From positions 684-64,683 of the forward strand of contig CADCPN010000028.1 of NCBI GenBank assembly GCA_902803375.1: a stretch of 64,000 nucleotides of DNA, read 5' to 3'. Each line of letters begins with the position of its first letter. The first letter of the stretch is position 1. This document shows, piece after piece, positions 45,329 to 54,121 of the stretch. Position numbers and translations under genes: made by a program. This DNA comes from an uncultured Erysipelotrichaceae bacterium (lineage in GTDB: Bacteria > Bacillota_I > Bacilli_A > RFN20 > CAG-826). The notes under the pieces are model-generated. The model saw only the letters and a program-made list of their open reading frames with translations. It did no database searches and had not been told where the DNA came from.

Positions 45329-46279
45329 ATGAATACCTTTACTGAACTTTACCAATCCATTGTCGAGGCCAAGGTCATCACGATTTACGGCCATGGCCAG
45401 CCCGATGGCGATTGCTTCGGCTCCGCAATCGGACTCCGCGAGATCCTCCGCGCCTCTTTCCCCGATAAAGAGGTCTATGCTTTAGGATCGGGGCTTGAAA
45501 GGTTCAAGGATAGGCTTTGCGGCATGGATATCGTACCCGATGAGAAGATAAAGGGCAGCCTTGGCATCCTCGTTGACGTGTCTTGCTTAAGGCGATGCGA
45601 AGATCAGCGCGTTACCACCTGCGCTTCCCATATTAAGCTCGACCACCATAACATCAACAGGGTTGGCGAGCCTTTCGAAGGCAAGATGTTCGTCGATCCC
45701 GAGCGCATCGCCGCGGCGGAGATCATCGCCGATTTCGCCACCACGATGGGCTTGAAGTTCAACCGTCTCGCCGCGGAAGCCCTCTATCTAGGCATCCTCA
45801 CCGATTCCGGTCATTTCATCTACCACGGCACCACCCCGCATACCTTTGAGGTAATCGCCAAACTCGCCTCCTATGGCGTGGATATGAAATCACTTATCGA
45901 GATCGCCTTCCACGAAGAACCTAACGTCAAAGCCTTCAAGAAATACATGGTATCCCATGCCAAACGCTATGGCGAGGTCACCTATCTATATATCAAAGAC
46001 GAATACAAGAAGTTCGACCTAAGCTATGAAGAGGCCTCCTCCTTCGTCAATGCCATCGCAGGCGCCTATCCCTGCCACAGCTACGCCTATTTCTGCGATA
46101 ACCCGCATAACGATGAGATCCGTGTGGAGCTTCGTTCCAATAAGCTCTATCCCGTCGTCGGCGTCGCGACCGCTTTCGGCGGTGGCGGACACCCCTTTGC
46201 CGCGGGATGCGAGCTGAAAAAGGCCCATCCTGAGCAAATTCTCGACGTCGTTAAGGCGATGAACGAGATAAAGAAGTAA
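45329..46279 (+). CDS. DHH/DHHA1 phosphoesterase (NrnA-like oligoribonuclease / pAp phosphatase)
   Basis: Motifs GHGQPDGDCFGS, KLDHHN and GGGGHPFAAG. Confidence 0.8.
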   Translation: MNTFTELYQSIVEAKVITIYGHGQPDGDCFGSAIGLREILRASFPDKEVYALGSGLERFKDRLCGMDIVPDEKIKGSLGILVDVSCLRRCEDQRVTTCASHIKLDHHNINRVGEPFEGKMFVDPERIAAAEIIADFATTMGLKFNRLAAEALYLGILTDSGHFIYHGTTPHTFEVIAKLASYGVDMKSLIEIAFHEEPNVKAFKKYMVSHAKRYGEVTYLYIKDEYKKFDLSYEEASSFVNAIAGAYPCHSYAYFCDNPHNDEIRVELRSNKLYPVVGVATAFGGGGHPFAAGCELKKAHPEQILDVVKAMNEIKK

Positions 46280-46288
46280 TATATAGCC

Positions 46289-47074
46289 ATGTTAGAACGC
46301 GAATTAGAAAACGCCCTGCTTGCCGCTAGGGAATCCGAGAAGATCATCAAAGAGATCTACGCAACCAACTTCAACGTGGAAATCAAAGAGGATGACTCTC
46401 CCGTCACCCTTGCCGATAAGCGTGCCGACGCGAAGATTCGCGAGGTTCTTTCTTCCGCTTTCCCAGAAGATGGCTTCCTAACTGAAGAAAGCAAAGACAC
46501 CAAGGAAAGGCTTTCCAAGAAGAGGGTCTGGATCGTCGATCCTGTCGACGGGACGATGGAATTCGTCCACCGCAATGGGGAATTCGCGACCAATATCGCT
46601 CTTTGCATCGACCATGAGGTCGTCTTAGGCGTCATCAACATCCCAATGGAGGGCAACCTCTATTACGCGATTAAGGGTCATGGTGCCTTTAAAATCGATA
46701 GGGAAGGCAATGTGACCCGCATCCATGTCTCCTCTAGAAGAGAGAAACTGAAGGCCCTTTGCTCGAGATCCTTCATCAACCCGAAGGAATCTGAGCTCAT
46801 GAATAAGCTCTCCTATCGCCTAGATGGCCCAGCCACCCCACTAGGAGCAGCGCTGAAGTTCTGCCGTATCGCCGAAGGCAAATTCGACCTCTTCATCCGC
46901 GAATATGGCGGAACGAAGGAGTGGGATGTCGCCGCAGGCGATATCATCGTTACCGAAGCCGGCGGCGCCATGGTCAGCGGCACTACCCATAAGCCGTTTA
47001 CCTATAACCGCGAAGATGTCTATAACCACAACGGTTATCTCGTCGGCAATAGTGAAGAAGCGCTTAAATTCTAA
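46289..47074 (+). CDS. Inositol monophosphatase family phosphatase (CysQ/SuhB-like)
   Basis: FLTEES and WIVDPVDGTMEF metal-binding motifs, plus WDVAAG. Confidence 0.8.
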   Translation: MLERELENALLAARESEKIIKEIYATNFNVEIKEDDSPVTLADKRADAKIREVLSSAFPEDGFLTEESKDTKERLSKKRVWIVDPVDGTMEFVHRNGEFATNIALCIDHEVVLGVINIPMEGNLYYAIKGHGAFKIDREGNVTRIHVSSRREKLKALCSRSFINPKESELMNKLSYRLDGPATPLGAALKFCRIAEGKFDLFIREYGGTKEWDVAAGDIIVTEAGGAMVSGTTHKPFTYNREDVYNHNGYLVGNSEEALKF

Positions 47075-47165
47075 AGAAGCGTGATTCCTGCATATTGAGA
47101 CAAATAGCCCGTAGAAATAAAAAACCATGTCGTTATAATTGAATTTAGAAAGGAAGATTATAAAA

Positions 47166-47390
47166 ATGCGTTGGTTCAATAAACAGTCCCGCCTTATCCA
47201 GATCCTTCTCCTTCTCATTCCGTTCGTGAACTTGGTCACCGAGGTCGTCGTTCGCGTCACCGCGATTGCTGAGAAGCCGACCCTTGGCAACATCCTTGGC
47301 ATTGTCCTTGCTCTTGTTACCGGTGGTCTTTGGGGATGGGTTGACCTCATCTGGGTCATTCTCTTCAATCATCTCTGCCTCGCTGACTAA
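47166..47390 (+). CDS. Small two-TM membrane protein, unknown function
   Basis: The ATG at 47166 follows AAAGGAAG. It has two hydrophobic helices and its own terminator downstream. Confidence 0.5.
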   Translation: MRWFNKQSRLIQILLLLIPFVNLVTEVVVRVTAIAEKPTLGNILGIVLALVTGGLWGWVDLIWVILFNHLCLAD

Positions 47391-47416
47391 TCAGCTAGTA
47401 GACTTGCTATCGGACA

Positions 47417-47452
47417 AAAGAAGCCAACCATACGGCTGGCTTCTTTTATTAC
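47417..47452 (+). terminator. Rho-independent terminator
   Basis: aaaagaagccaacc / ggctggcttctttt stem, loop atac, T-rich tail. Confidence 0.75.
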
Positions 47453-47511
47453 CTATACACACGTAAAGAAACTGGTGATAGAATCCTGCTTTGTGCAAAG
47501 GGATATCCAAA

Positions 47512-47823
47512 ATGGAATTCAACAAATCTATGGCAGGGCTTAATAAGGTCCTGAAAATCATCATTGCCTGCTTGCCGCTAGTGAACCTTCTCTGGTGGGC
47601 CTACATGATCATCCGCGACGTCAAGAACATGACCCTCGTCCTCATCGATGTCTTGGTAGGTGCGCTCCTCTACCCGGCCATCTACATCCTCAACATCGTC
47701 TTCCTCATCAGTAACGATGAGCCGGTCGACTTCGGCAAGATGTTCGGCATCTCTGGCGACCCCTTAGGGGCCTCCATCAACAAGAGCAAACCTGAAGAGA
47801 ACTCTGGCAAAGAGGCAAAGTAA
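47512..47823 (+). CDS. Small two-TM membrane protein, distant paralog of the preceding one
   Basis: An extended -10 (TGATAGAAT) lies about 30 nt upstream. The N-terminal pattern FNK..L..L..I....P.VNL is shared with the 47166 gene. Confidence 0.5.
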   Translation: MEFNKSMAGLNKVLKIIIACLPLVNLLWWAYMIIRDVKNMTLVLIDVLVGALLYPAIYILNIVFLISNDEPVDFGKMFGISGDPLGASINKSKPEENSGKEAK

Positions 47824-47835
47824 GTAACTTCTATC

Positions 47836-47866
47836 AGGAATGGCTAAGCCCATTCCTTTCTTTTTT
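47836..47866 (+). terminator. Rho-independent terminator
   Basis: aggaatgg / ccattcct stem, then ttcttttttg. Confidence 0.8.
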
Positions 47867-47985
47867 GCATTTTTAGGCGTTTAGAAAAGGATTACCTACC
47901 GTTGCGTGTATTCTTTCCATCGCCAATGGCGATGGCTTTTAAAGAGGCTATTTTGGCCAAAAGAAGTGGTGCATGCCTATATAAG

Positions 47986-48013
47986 CAAGAAAGCCCGCCA
48001 TTGCTGACGGGCT
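47986..48013 (-). terminator. Candidate terminator of kduI
   Basis: The minus strand has an agcccg / cgggct stem followed by ttcttgctt. Confidence 0.5.
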
Positions 48014-48040
48014 ATTTCGTTAGTTTTTAGGCCCCTAACC

Positions 48041-48886
48041 TTATTTAAGGTCGGTGACCTTGATTTCGTCCATGTCGTCGAAGTCTTGGTTCTCGCCGCA
48101 CATGGCCCAAACGAAGGTGTAGTTCTTATTACTGCAGCCCATGTGGATGGACCAGCTCGGGGAGATGACCGCCTGATAGTTATGCACCATGATGTGGCGG
48201 GTCTCTTCGGCTGGACCCATGAAGTGGAAGACGGCTTGGTTCTCGTCCATATCGAAGTAGATATAGACTTCCATGCGTCTTTCGTGGGTGTGGCAGGGCA
48301 TCGTGTTCCAGACGCTCCCCGGCTCAAGGTGGGTAAGGCCCATTTCGAGCTGGCAGGTCTGCACGGTTGAGGGAAGGATGAACTGGTTGATGGTCCTCTC
48401 GTTGCAGGTCTCTTTCTCGCCGAGGTGACGATGGACTGCGTGCTCCCAATCAATAAGCTTGGTCGGGTAGGCGTGGTGGGCGGGGGAAGAGGCAATGTAG
48501 AACATAGCCGGCTTGCTGCCGTCGATAGAGGAGAAGACGACTTCTTTGGCGCCGCGGCCGATGTAGAGGGCCTCCCAATGCTTTAGGGCATAGGTGACGC
48601 CATCAACTTTGATTTTGCCGTCGCCGGCACCGATGTTGATGACGCCCATCTCACGGCGATCGAGGAAATGCTCGGCGCGGAGTTCGGGAGCGCTGCTGAG
48701 AGCGACTTCTTTGGTCAGAGGGATGACGCCGCCGAAGATGATGCGGTCGATGTAACTGTAAACAAGATTGATTTCGTCTTTGCCGAAGGGCTCTTCAACG
48801 AGGTATTCCTTGCGGAGCCTTTCAGTATCGTAGTGGGCATAGTCCTGTTTGGAGGAGTAGTCCCTGGTAGTCATTTTCATAGGCAA
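48041..48886 (-). CDS. kduI: 5-dehydro-4-deoxy-D-glucuronate isomerase KduI
   Basis: Cupin protein with the HTHERRMEVYIYF metal site and KduI-like length. Start choice is uncertain (TTG 48886, ATG 48880 or ATG 48874). Confidence 0.85.
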   Translation of the reverse strand: MPMKMTTRDYSSKQDYAHYDTERLRKEYLVEEPFGKDEINLVYSYIDRIIFGGVIPLTKEVALSSAPELRAEHFLDRREMGVINIGAGDGKIKVDGVTYALKHWEALYIGRGAKEVVFSSIDGSKPAMFYIASSPAHHAYPTKLIDWEHAVHRHLGEKETCNERTINQFILPSTVQTCQLEMGLTHLEPGSVWNTMPCHTHERRMEVYIYFDMDENQAVFHFMGPAEETRHIMVHNYQAVISPSWSIHMGCSNKNYTFVWAMCGENQDFDDMDEIKVTDLK

Positions 48887-48903
48887 TGCCTAATCCTTTC
48901 GTG

Positions 48904-49584
48904 TTAGTCTTCCACGAAATAATCCGGATGGTGAAGTTTGGTGTCTTCGATGCCTTCTAATCCGGAATAGTTGTGGTAGTGGACGGCGTTTTTGAGGGCG
49001 GTTTCGTCTTTCGACTCAAGGGCCGCAATGAGCGCCTCGTGGGTAGCGATGGCTTTGGCAAGGTGGTTCTCGTCGGTGAAGCCGGTGAGAACGCGGTATC
49101 TTGCGTAGTATGGGAAGGAATCGTTGAGCAAATCGAGAACGGATTCTCTGCCAACCATGCCATAGATGGCCTGGTGGAGCTCATTGTCCTTTTCGAAATA
49201 TAGGTTAGCGGCTTCTTGCTCGTTGCCCGCGCACTGGTGAAGAACATCGCGGAGGCGGTCAAGCTTTCCTTCAAGGATATTGATCTGGCCTTCGGTGAGG
49301 GTCTTCTGAAGCTCACTCATAAGGGCAAACTCAGTGGAATAGCGGATGAACATGAGGTCCTTAAGCTTCTTGAGGTCGATCCTGGTGACGTAGGTTCCTC
49401 TTTGGGAACGGACTTCGATAAGGTCTTCCTCCTCGAGCTTTTTGAGGACGTCCCTCATCGGGGTGCGGCTCACCTTGTACTGCTCGGATAGGTCAACTTC
49501 ACGCAGCTGGGTGCCAGGTGCGTATTCTAAAGAAACGATCTTATTGCGGATGTCTTCATAAATTGGTTTGCTGTCTTTGGTCAT
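48904..49584 (-). CDS. GntR family transcriptional regulator (FadR/FCD subfamily)
   Basis: N-terminal wHTH (LREVDLSEQYKVSRTPMRDVLKKLEEEDLIEV) and a helical FCD-like C-terminus. Confidence 0.85.
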   Translation of the reverse strand: MTKDSKPIYEDIRNKIVSLEYAPGTQLREVDLSEQYKVSRTPMRDVLKKLEEEDLIEVRSQRGTYVTRIDLKKLKDLMFIRYSTEFALMSELQKTLTEGQINILEGKLDRLRDVLHQCAGNEQEAANLYFEKDNELHQAIYGMVGRESVLDLLNDSFPYYARYRVLTGFTDENHLAKAIATHEALIAALESKDETALKNAVHYHNYSGLEGIEDTKLHHPDYFVED

Positions 49585-49616
49585 AGGTGAGCCTTCCTCT
49601 TAAAGGATTTCGGAAT

Positions 49617-49645
49617 ATTTTACTTATGTAAAATAAATTAATCAA
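49617..49645 (-). promoter_or_regulatory. Promoter of the gntR-kduI unit (TTGATT-17-TAAAAT) with an inverted repeat over the -10
   Basis: The minus strand reads TTGATTaatttattttacataagTAAAAT. The IR attttac-N4-gtaaaat lies at 49617-49634. Confidence 0.5.
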
Positions 49646-49656
49646 CGAACAATATA

Positions 49657-50676
49657 TTAGCGCTGAACGCGGCCGGAAGCGTCGCCGCTAGCAAGCTTGA
49701 GAACTTCCTTGACGGTGACGTGGTTGGTGTCGCCCGGGATGGTCTGCTTGAGGGCGGACGCGGCTGCGGAGAATTCGACGGCCTGCTGAGGATCATCGAA
49801 GTGGGTGAGGCCATAGATGAGGCCTGCAGAGAAGGAATCGCCGCCGCCGACGCGGTCGACGATCGGGTTGATGTCGTAATGCTTGGAGTGATAGAACTTG
49901 CCATTGATGCTCAAGGCAGTGGACCAGCCATTCCAGGTAGCGGAGTGGGATTCGCGGAGAGAGGTGGCGGCGCCTTTGAAGCCGTACTTCTTGCAGAGCT
50001 CGGCGAGCATGATTTCGTATTTCGCGACATCGAGCTTGCCAGAGGTGACGTCGCCATCCATCTGGAAGCCGAGGCAGTTCTGAGCATCTTCTTCGTTGCC
50101 GATGACGTAGTCAACGAATTTCATCATCGGGATCATGGCAGCCTGGGCCTGTTCTTTGGTCCAAAGCTTAGCGCGGAAATTGAGGTCGAAGGAAGTGGTG
50201 ATGCCGAGTTCTTTGGCAGCCTTGAGGGCTTCGAGGGTGATCTTGGCGGAATTTTCGCTTAGAGCCGGGGTGATGCCGGAGATGTGGAGCCACTGGACGT
50301 CAGCAAGAAGCTTCTTGAAGTCGAATTCTTCCGGCTTAGCCTGGGCGATGGCGGAATCGGCGCGGTCATAGACGACCTGGGAAGGACGCATGGAGTAGCC
50401 GGTCTCGAGGAAATAGATGCCGAGTCTTTTGCCGCCGCGGAGTATCTTGGAGGTGTCGACGCCGAACTCACGGAGGGAGTTGACGCAGGCCTGGCCGATG
50501 TCGTTGTCCGGGATTTTGGTGATGAGGGCAGCCTCTTCGCCATAGTTGCAAAGGGAGACCGCGACGTTAGCCTCGCCCCCGCCATAGCAGACGTCGAAGG
50601 ACTTGGCTTGAACGAATCTTTGAGCACCCGGGGTGGAGAGACGGAGCATGATTTCGCCTAGAGTTGCGTATTTCAT
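49657..50676 (-). CDS. kdgK: 2-dehydro-3-deoxygluconokinase
   Basis: PfkB family: GGGEANVAV near the N-terminus and a C-terminal DRVGGGDSF motif. The neighbouring genes are eda and kduI. Confidence 0.88.
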   Translation of the reverse strand: MKYATLGEIMLRLSTPGAQRFVQAKSFDVCYGGGEANVAVSLCNYGEEAALITKIPDNDIGQACVNSLREFGVDTSKILRGGKRLGIYFLETGYSMRPSQVVYDRADSAIAQAKPEEFDFKKLLADVQWLHISGITPALSENSAKITLEALKAAKELGITTSFDLNFRAKLWTKEQAQAAMIPMMKFVDYVIGNEEDAQNCLGFQMDGDVTSGKLDVAKYEIMLAELCKKYGFKGAATSLRESHSATWNGWSTALSINGKFYHSKHYDINPIVDRVGGGDSFSAGLIYGLTHFDDPQQAVEFSAAASALKQTIPGDTNHVTVKEVLKLASGDASGRVQR

Positions 50677-50703
50677 AGTTGGTTACCTAATCGAATGGGC
50701 GAA

Positions 50704-51351
50704 TTACTTGCCCATTTCCTTTCTGGCCTCAGCGACGAGGCGGACATATTCAGCGGCTCTGCGGGTGACTTCAGCGTAATCGCCAGTCTTGGCAGGGGCG
50801 GTGAGGTTGGAACCAGAACCAACGGCGACGGCGCCGGCTTTGATCCAATCTTTGACGTTATCGAGGTTGACGCCGCCAGTCGGCATCAAGTTGGCCTGCG
50901 GGAGCGGGCCATGGACGGCTTTGAAGTAGCTCGGGCTGCAGAGGTCGCCCGGGAAGATCTTGCAGACTTCGACACCGGCTTTCATGGCGGTGATGATCTC
51001 ATTGATGGTGAAGCAGCCGGCGAAATAGGGGATGTCGTAGAGGTTGCAGAGCTCGGCGGTCTCTTTGTCGAAGGCCGGGGAAACGATGAACTTTGCGCCA
51101 TTGAGGATGGCGATGCGAGCGGTGGCGGCTTCGAGAACGGTGCCGGCGCCAACGATGTACTTGGCATCTTTCTTGGATGCGAGAGCCTTGATGACATCGG
51201 CGGCTCCCGGAACGGTGAAGGTGAGCTCAAGGCCGATGATTCCGCCTTCTGCGGCGGCTTGCGACAGCTTCTCTGCCTCTTCAAGGCTGTTGGCGCGGAT
51301 GACGGCGAAGACGCCGCAATCGGTCAACTTCTTAACGATTTCGCTTCTCAT
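50704..51351 (-). CDS. eda: KDPG / KHG aldolase
   Basis: AVIRANS...GLELTF...GAGTVL...PGDL...PTGGV is typical of Eda. Confidence 0.88.
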   Translation of the reverse strand: MRSEIVKKLTDCGVFAVIRANSLEEAEKLSQAAAEGGIIGLELTFTVPGAADVIKALASKKDAKYIVGAGTVLEAATARIAILNGAKFIVSPAFDKETAELCNLYDIPYFAGCFTINEIITAMKAGVEVCKIFPGDLCSPSYFKAVHGPLPQANLMPTGGVNLDNVKDWIKAGAVAVGSGSNLTAPAKTGDYAEVTRRAAEYVRLVAEARKEMGK

Positions 51352-51380
51352 GATAAATTTCCTCCTAGAGTAAGCATTGA

Positions 51381-51953
51381 TTAGATGGAAGTGGTTTCTT
51401 CAGACCCCATCTTCTTCCTGCGAAGAAGTTCGTAGACGAAGCGGGTCGATCCAAAGGAATCGAGTTTGATGTGTGTCTTTTTCTCAAAGACGCTGAGGCG
51501 GTAGGCAACGGTGTTGCGGTGGCAATATAGCCTTTCTGCCGCGTAGGCGGGGGAGTGGTCCTCTTCGATGTAGACCTTAGCGGTCAGCAGAAGCGAATCC
51601 TCAATCCCGTCGAGGATGGAGAGGTAGGAATCATAGAGTTCTGGATGTTCGTCGCAGACCTCATATAAGTGGGGGCAGCACCCATCTTCCACATAAGCCA
51701 AGGCTTTTTGGAATTGGGGGAGCAATGCCGGGACGATGATTCCTTTCAACCCTTCGCCAAAGTCTTTGGAGAGGGGGAGGAAGGAAGAGGACAACGCCAA
51801 TTGGCCGGCTTTGCCGTTTTGGAATGTCAACGCATTGAGCCCTTCTTGGACTTTCTCCATGCTGGAGCTGTTGGCGAACAGTTTGCTATAGGCCATGGAG
51901 ATGAGTCTTTCTTTTTCAGGCGAATAGGCCAGGTAAGCAAAAGATGGGTTCAT
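51381..51953 (-). CDS. Small PucR/CdaR-type C-terminal HTH protein (190 aa)
   Basis: AAERLYCHRNTVAYRLSVFEKKTHIKL matches the PucR C-terminal HTH. The start overlaps the GH28 stop by 4 nt. Confidence 0.6.
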   Translation of the reverse strand: MNPSFAYLAYSPEKERLISMAYSKLFANSSSMEKVQEGLNALTFQNGKAGQLALSSSFLPLSKDFGEGLKGIIVPALLPQFQKALAYVEDGCCPHLYEVCDEHPELYDSYLSILDGIEDSLLLTAKVYIEEDHSPAYAAERLYCHRNTVAYRLSVFEKKTHIKLDSFGSTRFVYELLRRKKMGSEETTSI

Positions 51954-53479
51954 TGATTTTCCAACTCGGCGACGTCAACACACTGGGTCGTTGGACCAAC
52001 GTTGCCTTCTACTTTCACGTTAGAGTATACCACCTTGTATACATGATGGAAGACAAAACCTGCTTTACTCATTTTCTCTAAATCGAGCATCATGGCCGGA
52101 AGGCCTTCGGATGCGTTCTTTGCCATCGTGAAGTGGGAGTCTTTGATGGTGATGGAGCCGATGGGCTGCTCAGGTAAGCCATAGAAGACGCCGAACGCCC
52201 ATTCGCAGTCGGTGCACTCTAACCTTTGGAACAAGAAGGAGCCGATGCGCGGGGTCGAATCATCGACCGGCATCTTTTCCTTTTTCTGAACGTACTCGGA
52301 TTTTCCATCCGGATCGCAGAAGTAGAACATGTTGACGACAAGCGGGGTCAATACGTGCTCCATCTTGATGTCGGAGAACTCGATTCCATCGAAGACGGAA
52401 TCTTTTCCTCTGCCGCGCCTAGATTTGATGCGGAGGCCTCTATCGGTATGGGAGAAGAGGCAACGGGAGACCTCTAGCTCCTGGATGCCGGCACCGGCCT
52501 CGCTGCCGAGGGTGATGGCGCCATGGCCTTCGTGCATATAGCAGTTGCGGATCCTGATCTTCCTGCAGGGCCGCTTGAAGTAGGAGCCGATATCGATCTT
52601 GCCCGATTTTAGGGCGATGCAGTCGTCTCCGACGGAGAAGCGGACGCCGATGATGTCGACATCGACGCAGGATTCGGGATCCATGCCGTCGGTATTGGGG
52701 GCGTCTTTGGGGTTCTTGACGTCGAAGTCTAAGAACTTGAGGTTAGAGGAGAAATAGGGGTGGATGGTCCAGCTTGGGGAATTCTCGACCGTGATGCCCT
52801 GAAGGGTCACGAAGGAGGAGTCCTTGATATAGATCATGTTCGGGCGGGCCCAGGGGAGATGCTTGACATCGCGCCACCATTCGCCCTGCGGGGCGCGGCC
52901 ATCGATTTCGCCAAGGCCTAAGATATTGACGTTAGTCGCGTTATAGACGTTGATGATCGCGGGTTTGCCGGGGAAGGGATTGCCTTCCCAAGAGCAGAGG
53001 ATGTCGCGCTTGCCGGATTCGAGGTTCTTCTCTGCCGGCATGATCGGATAATCCTCAACCTTAAGGGAAGCCTCAAGCTTCGCGCCTTTTTCTAGGTAGA
53101 GGGTCATATCGCTTTTAAGGAAAAGCGAAGTGATGCGATAGGTGCCTTCGTTAATGATGAGGACGCCATCCTTCGGGAGAAGGGAGATCGCGGACTGAAG
53201 GGTGAGGGTATCGTCGCCGTTGAGGGTCTGGAAATCCTCGGAATTTAGAATTAACGAGGCCGGTTTGGTGTGGATATCGAGGCTATCGCCTTCGATCTCG
53301 ACACGGTAGTCGGCGTCGGGTTTTAAGCCATAGATGGAGAAGACGTTATTCTCGCAATTCTCCACCATCGTCTCGCCATTAACGATGACGTTAAAGGGGT
53401 GTTCGCTATGGAAAATGGAGTTGTTATCTAATTCGAATGTCGCGGAGAGAGGAGAAACGAACAGAGCACGGAATTTCAT
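51950..53479 (-). CDS. Glycoside hydrolase family 28 (exo-polygalacturonase-like), no signal peptide
   Basis: GH28 motifs NTDGMDP, GDDCIALKSG, GHGAITLGSE and RGLRIKS. The N-terminus MKFRALFVSPLSATFELDNN is not signal-like. Confidence 0.88.
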   Translation of the reverse strand: MKFRALFVSPLSATFELDNNSIFHSEHPFNVIVNGETMVENCENNVFSIYGLKPDADYRVEIEGDSLDIHTKPASLILNSEDFQTLNGDDTLTLQSAISLLPKDGVLIINEGTYRITSLFLKSDMTLYLEKGAKLEASLKVEDYPIMPAEKNLESGKRDILCSWEGNPFPGKPAIINVYNATNVNILGLGEIDGRAPQGEWWRDVKHLPWARPNMIYIKDSSFVTLQGITVENSPSWTIHPYFSSNLKFLDFDVKNPKDAPNTDGMDPESCVDVDIIGVRFSVGDDCIALKSGKIDIGSYFKRPCRKIRIRNCYMHEGHGAITLGSEAGAGIQELEVSRCLFSHTDRGLRIKSRRGRGKDSVFDGIEFSDIKMEHVLTPLVVNMFYFCDPDGKSEYVQKKEKMPVDDSTPRIGSFLFQRLECTDCEWAFGVFYGLPEQPIGSITIKDSHFTMAKNASEGLPAMMLDLEKMSKAGFVFHHVYKVVYSNVKVEGNVGPTTQCVDVAELENQ

Positions 53480-53481
53480 TG

Positions 53482-54105
53482 TTATTCTCCTTTCCTGATG
53501 TCTCTATAGTCAGCAGCGGCCTTATTGGGGTCCTTTTCTGGCTCAGGTTTTCTGTTTCTTAGGGCCAAGGCCATGATTATGTCCTTGATGCCGATGAAGG
53601 CCAAATCGATGACAAGCGCGACTAACGCGAAGGTGAATGGCTCGTTGGTAACCCAATCAAGGCCATCCCCAAAGGCTCCGGTGAGGCCAACCGTGATATA
53701 GCGGCAGGCAAGGAGGCTTAGGTAGGCGTGAAGCACGCCATAGGGGACGTTCGCAAAGACACTGAAGGACTTCTTGTCCTTGTAGATCATCCACCACTTG
53801 GCTTCATGCTTGGAGGATTCCCAAACGAGGAGGATATTATCCACCATGAAGTCGGTGATGAGGCCTCCTGCGAGGCCGAGAACCAAGAACTCAACCAAGA
53901 AAAGGACGAGGTTATCGGTGATGGAGCCGAAGGTGGTAATGCCCATGATGAAGAAGAAGTACTCCATGCCGAAGAACCAGTATTTTAGGACGATGGCCTT
54001 GAGGGCAAAGGGGACTTTGTCAAACCAACTGAGCTTATACGGGTTCTCGACTTCAACAGTCTCTTGGGTTTCTTCTTTTTGTTTTAGGGGCCGTTTCTTG
54101 GGCAT
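53482..54105 (-). CDS. Polytopic membrane protein, unrecognised family (M1)
   Basis: 207 aa with about 4 TM helices, a charged N-terminal tail and a charged C-terminal tail. It lies 2 nt upstream of the GH28 gene. Confidence 0.55.
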   Translation of the reverse strand: MPKKRPLKQKEETQETVEVENPYKLSWFDKVPFALKAIVLKYWFFGMEYFFFIMGITTFGSITDNLVLFLVEFLVLGLAGGLITDFMVDNILLVWESSKHEAKWWMIYKDKKSFSVFANVPYGVLHAYLSLLACRYITVGLTGAFGDGLDWVTNEPFTFALVALVIDLAFIGIKDIIMALALRNRKPEPEKDPNKAAADYRDIRKGE

Positions 54106-54121
54106 AGGAAAAGGGGGTTGA

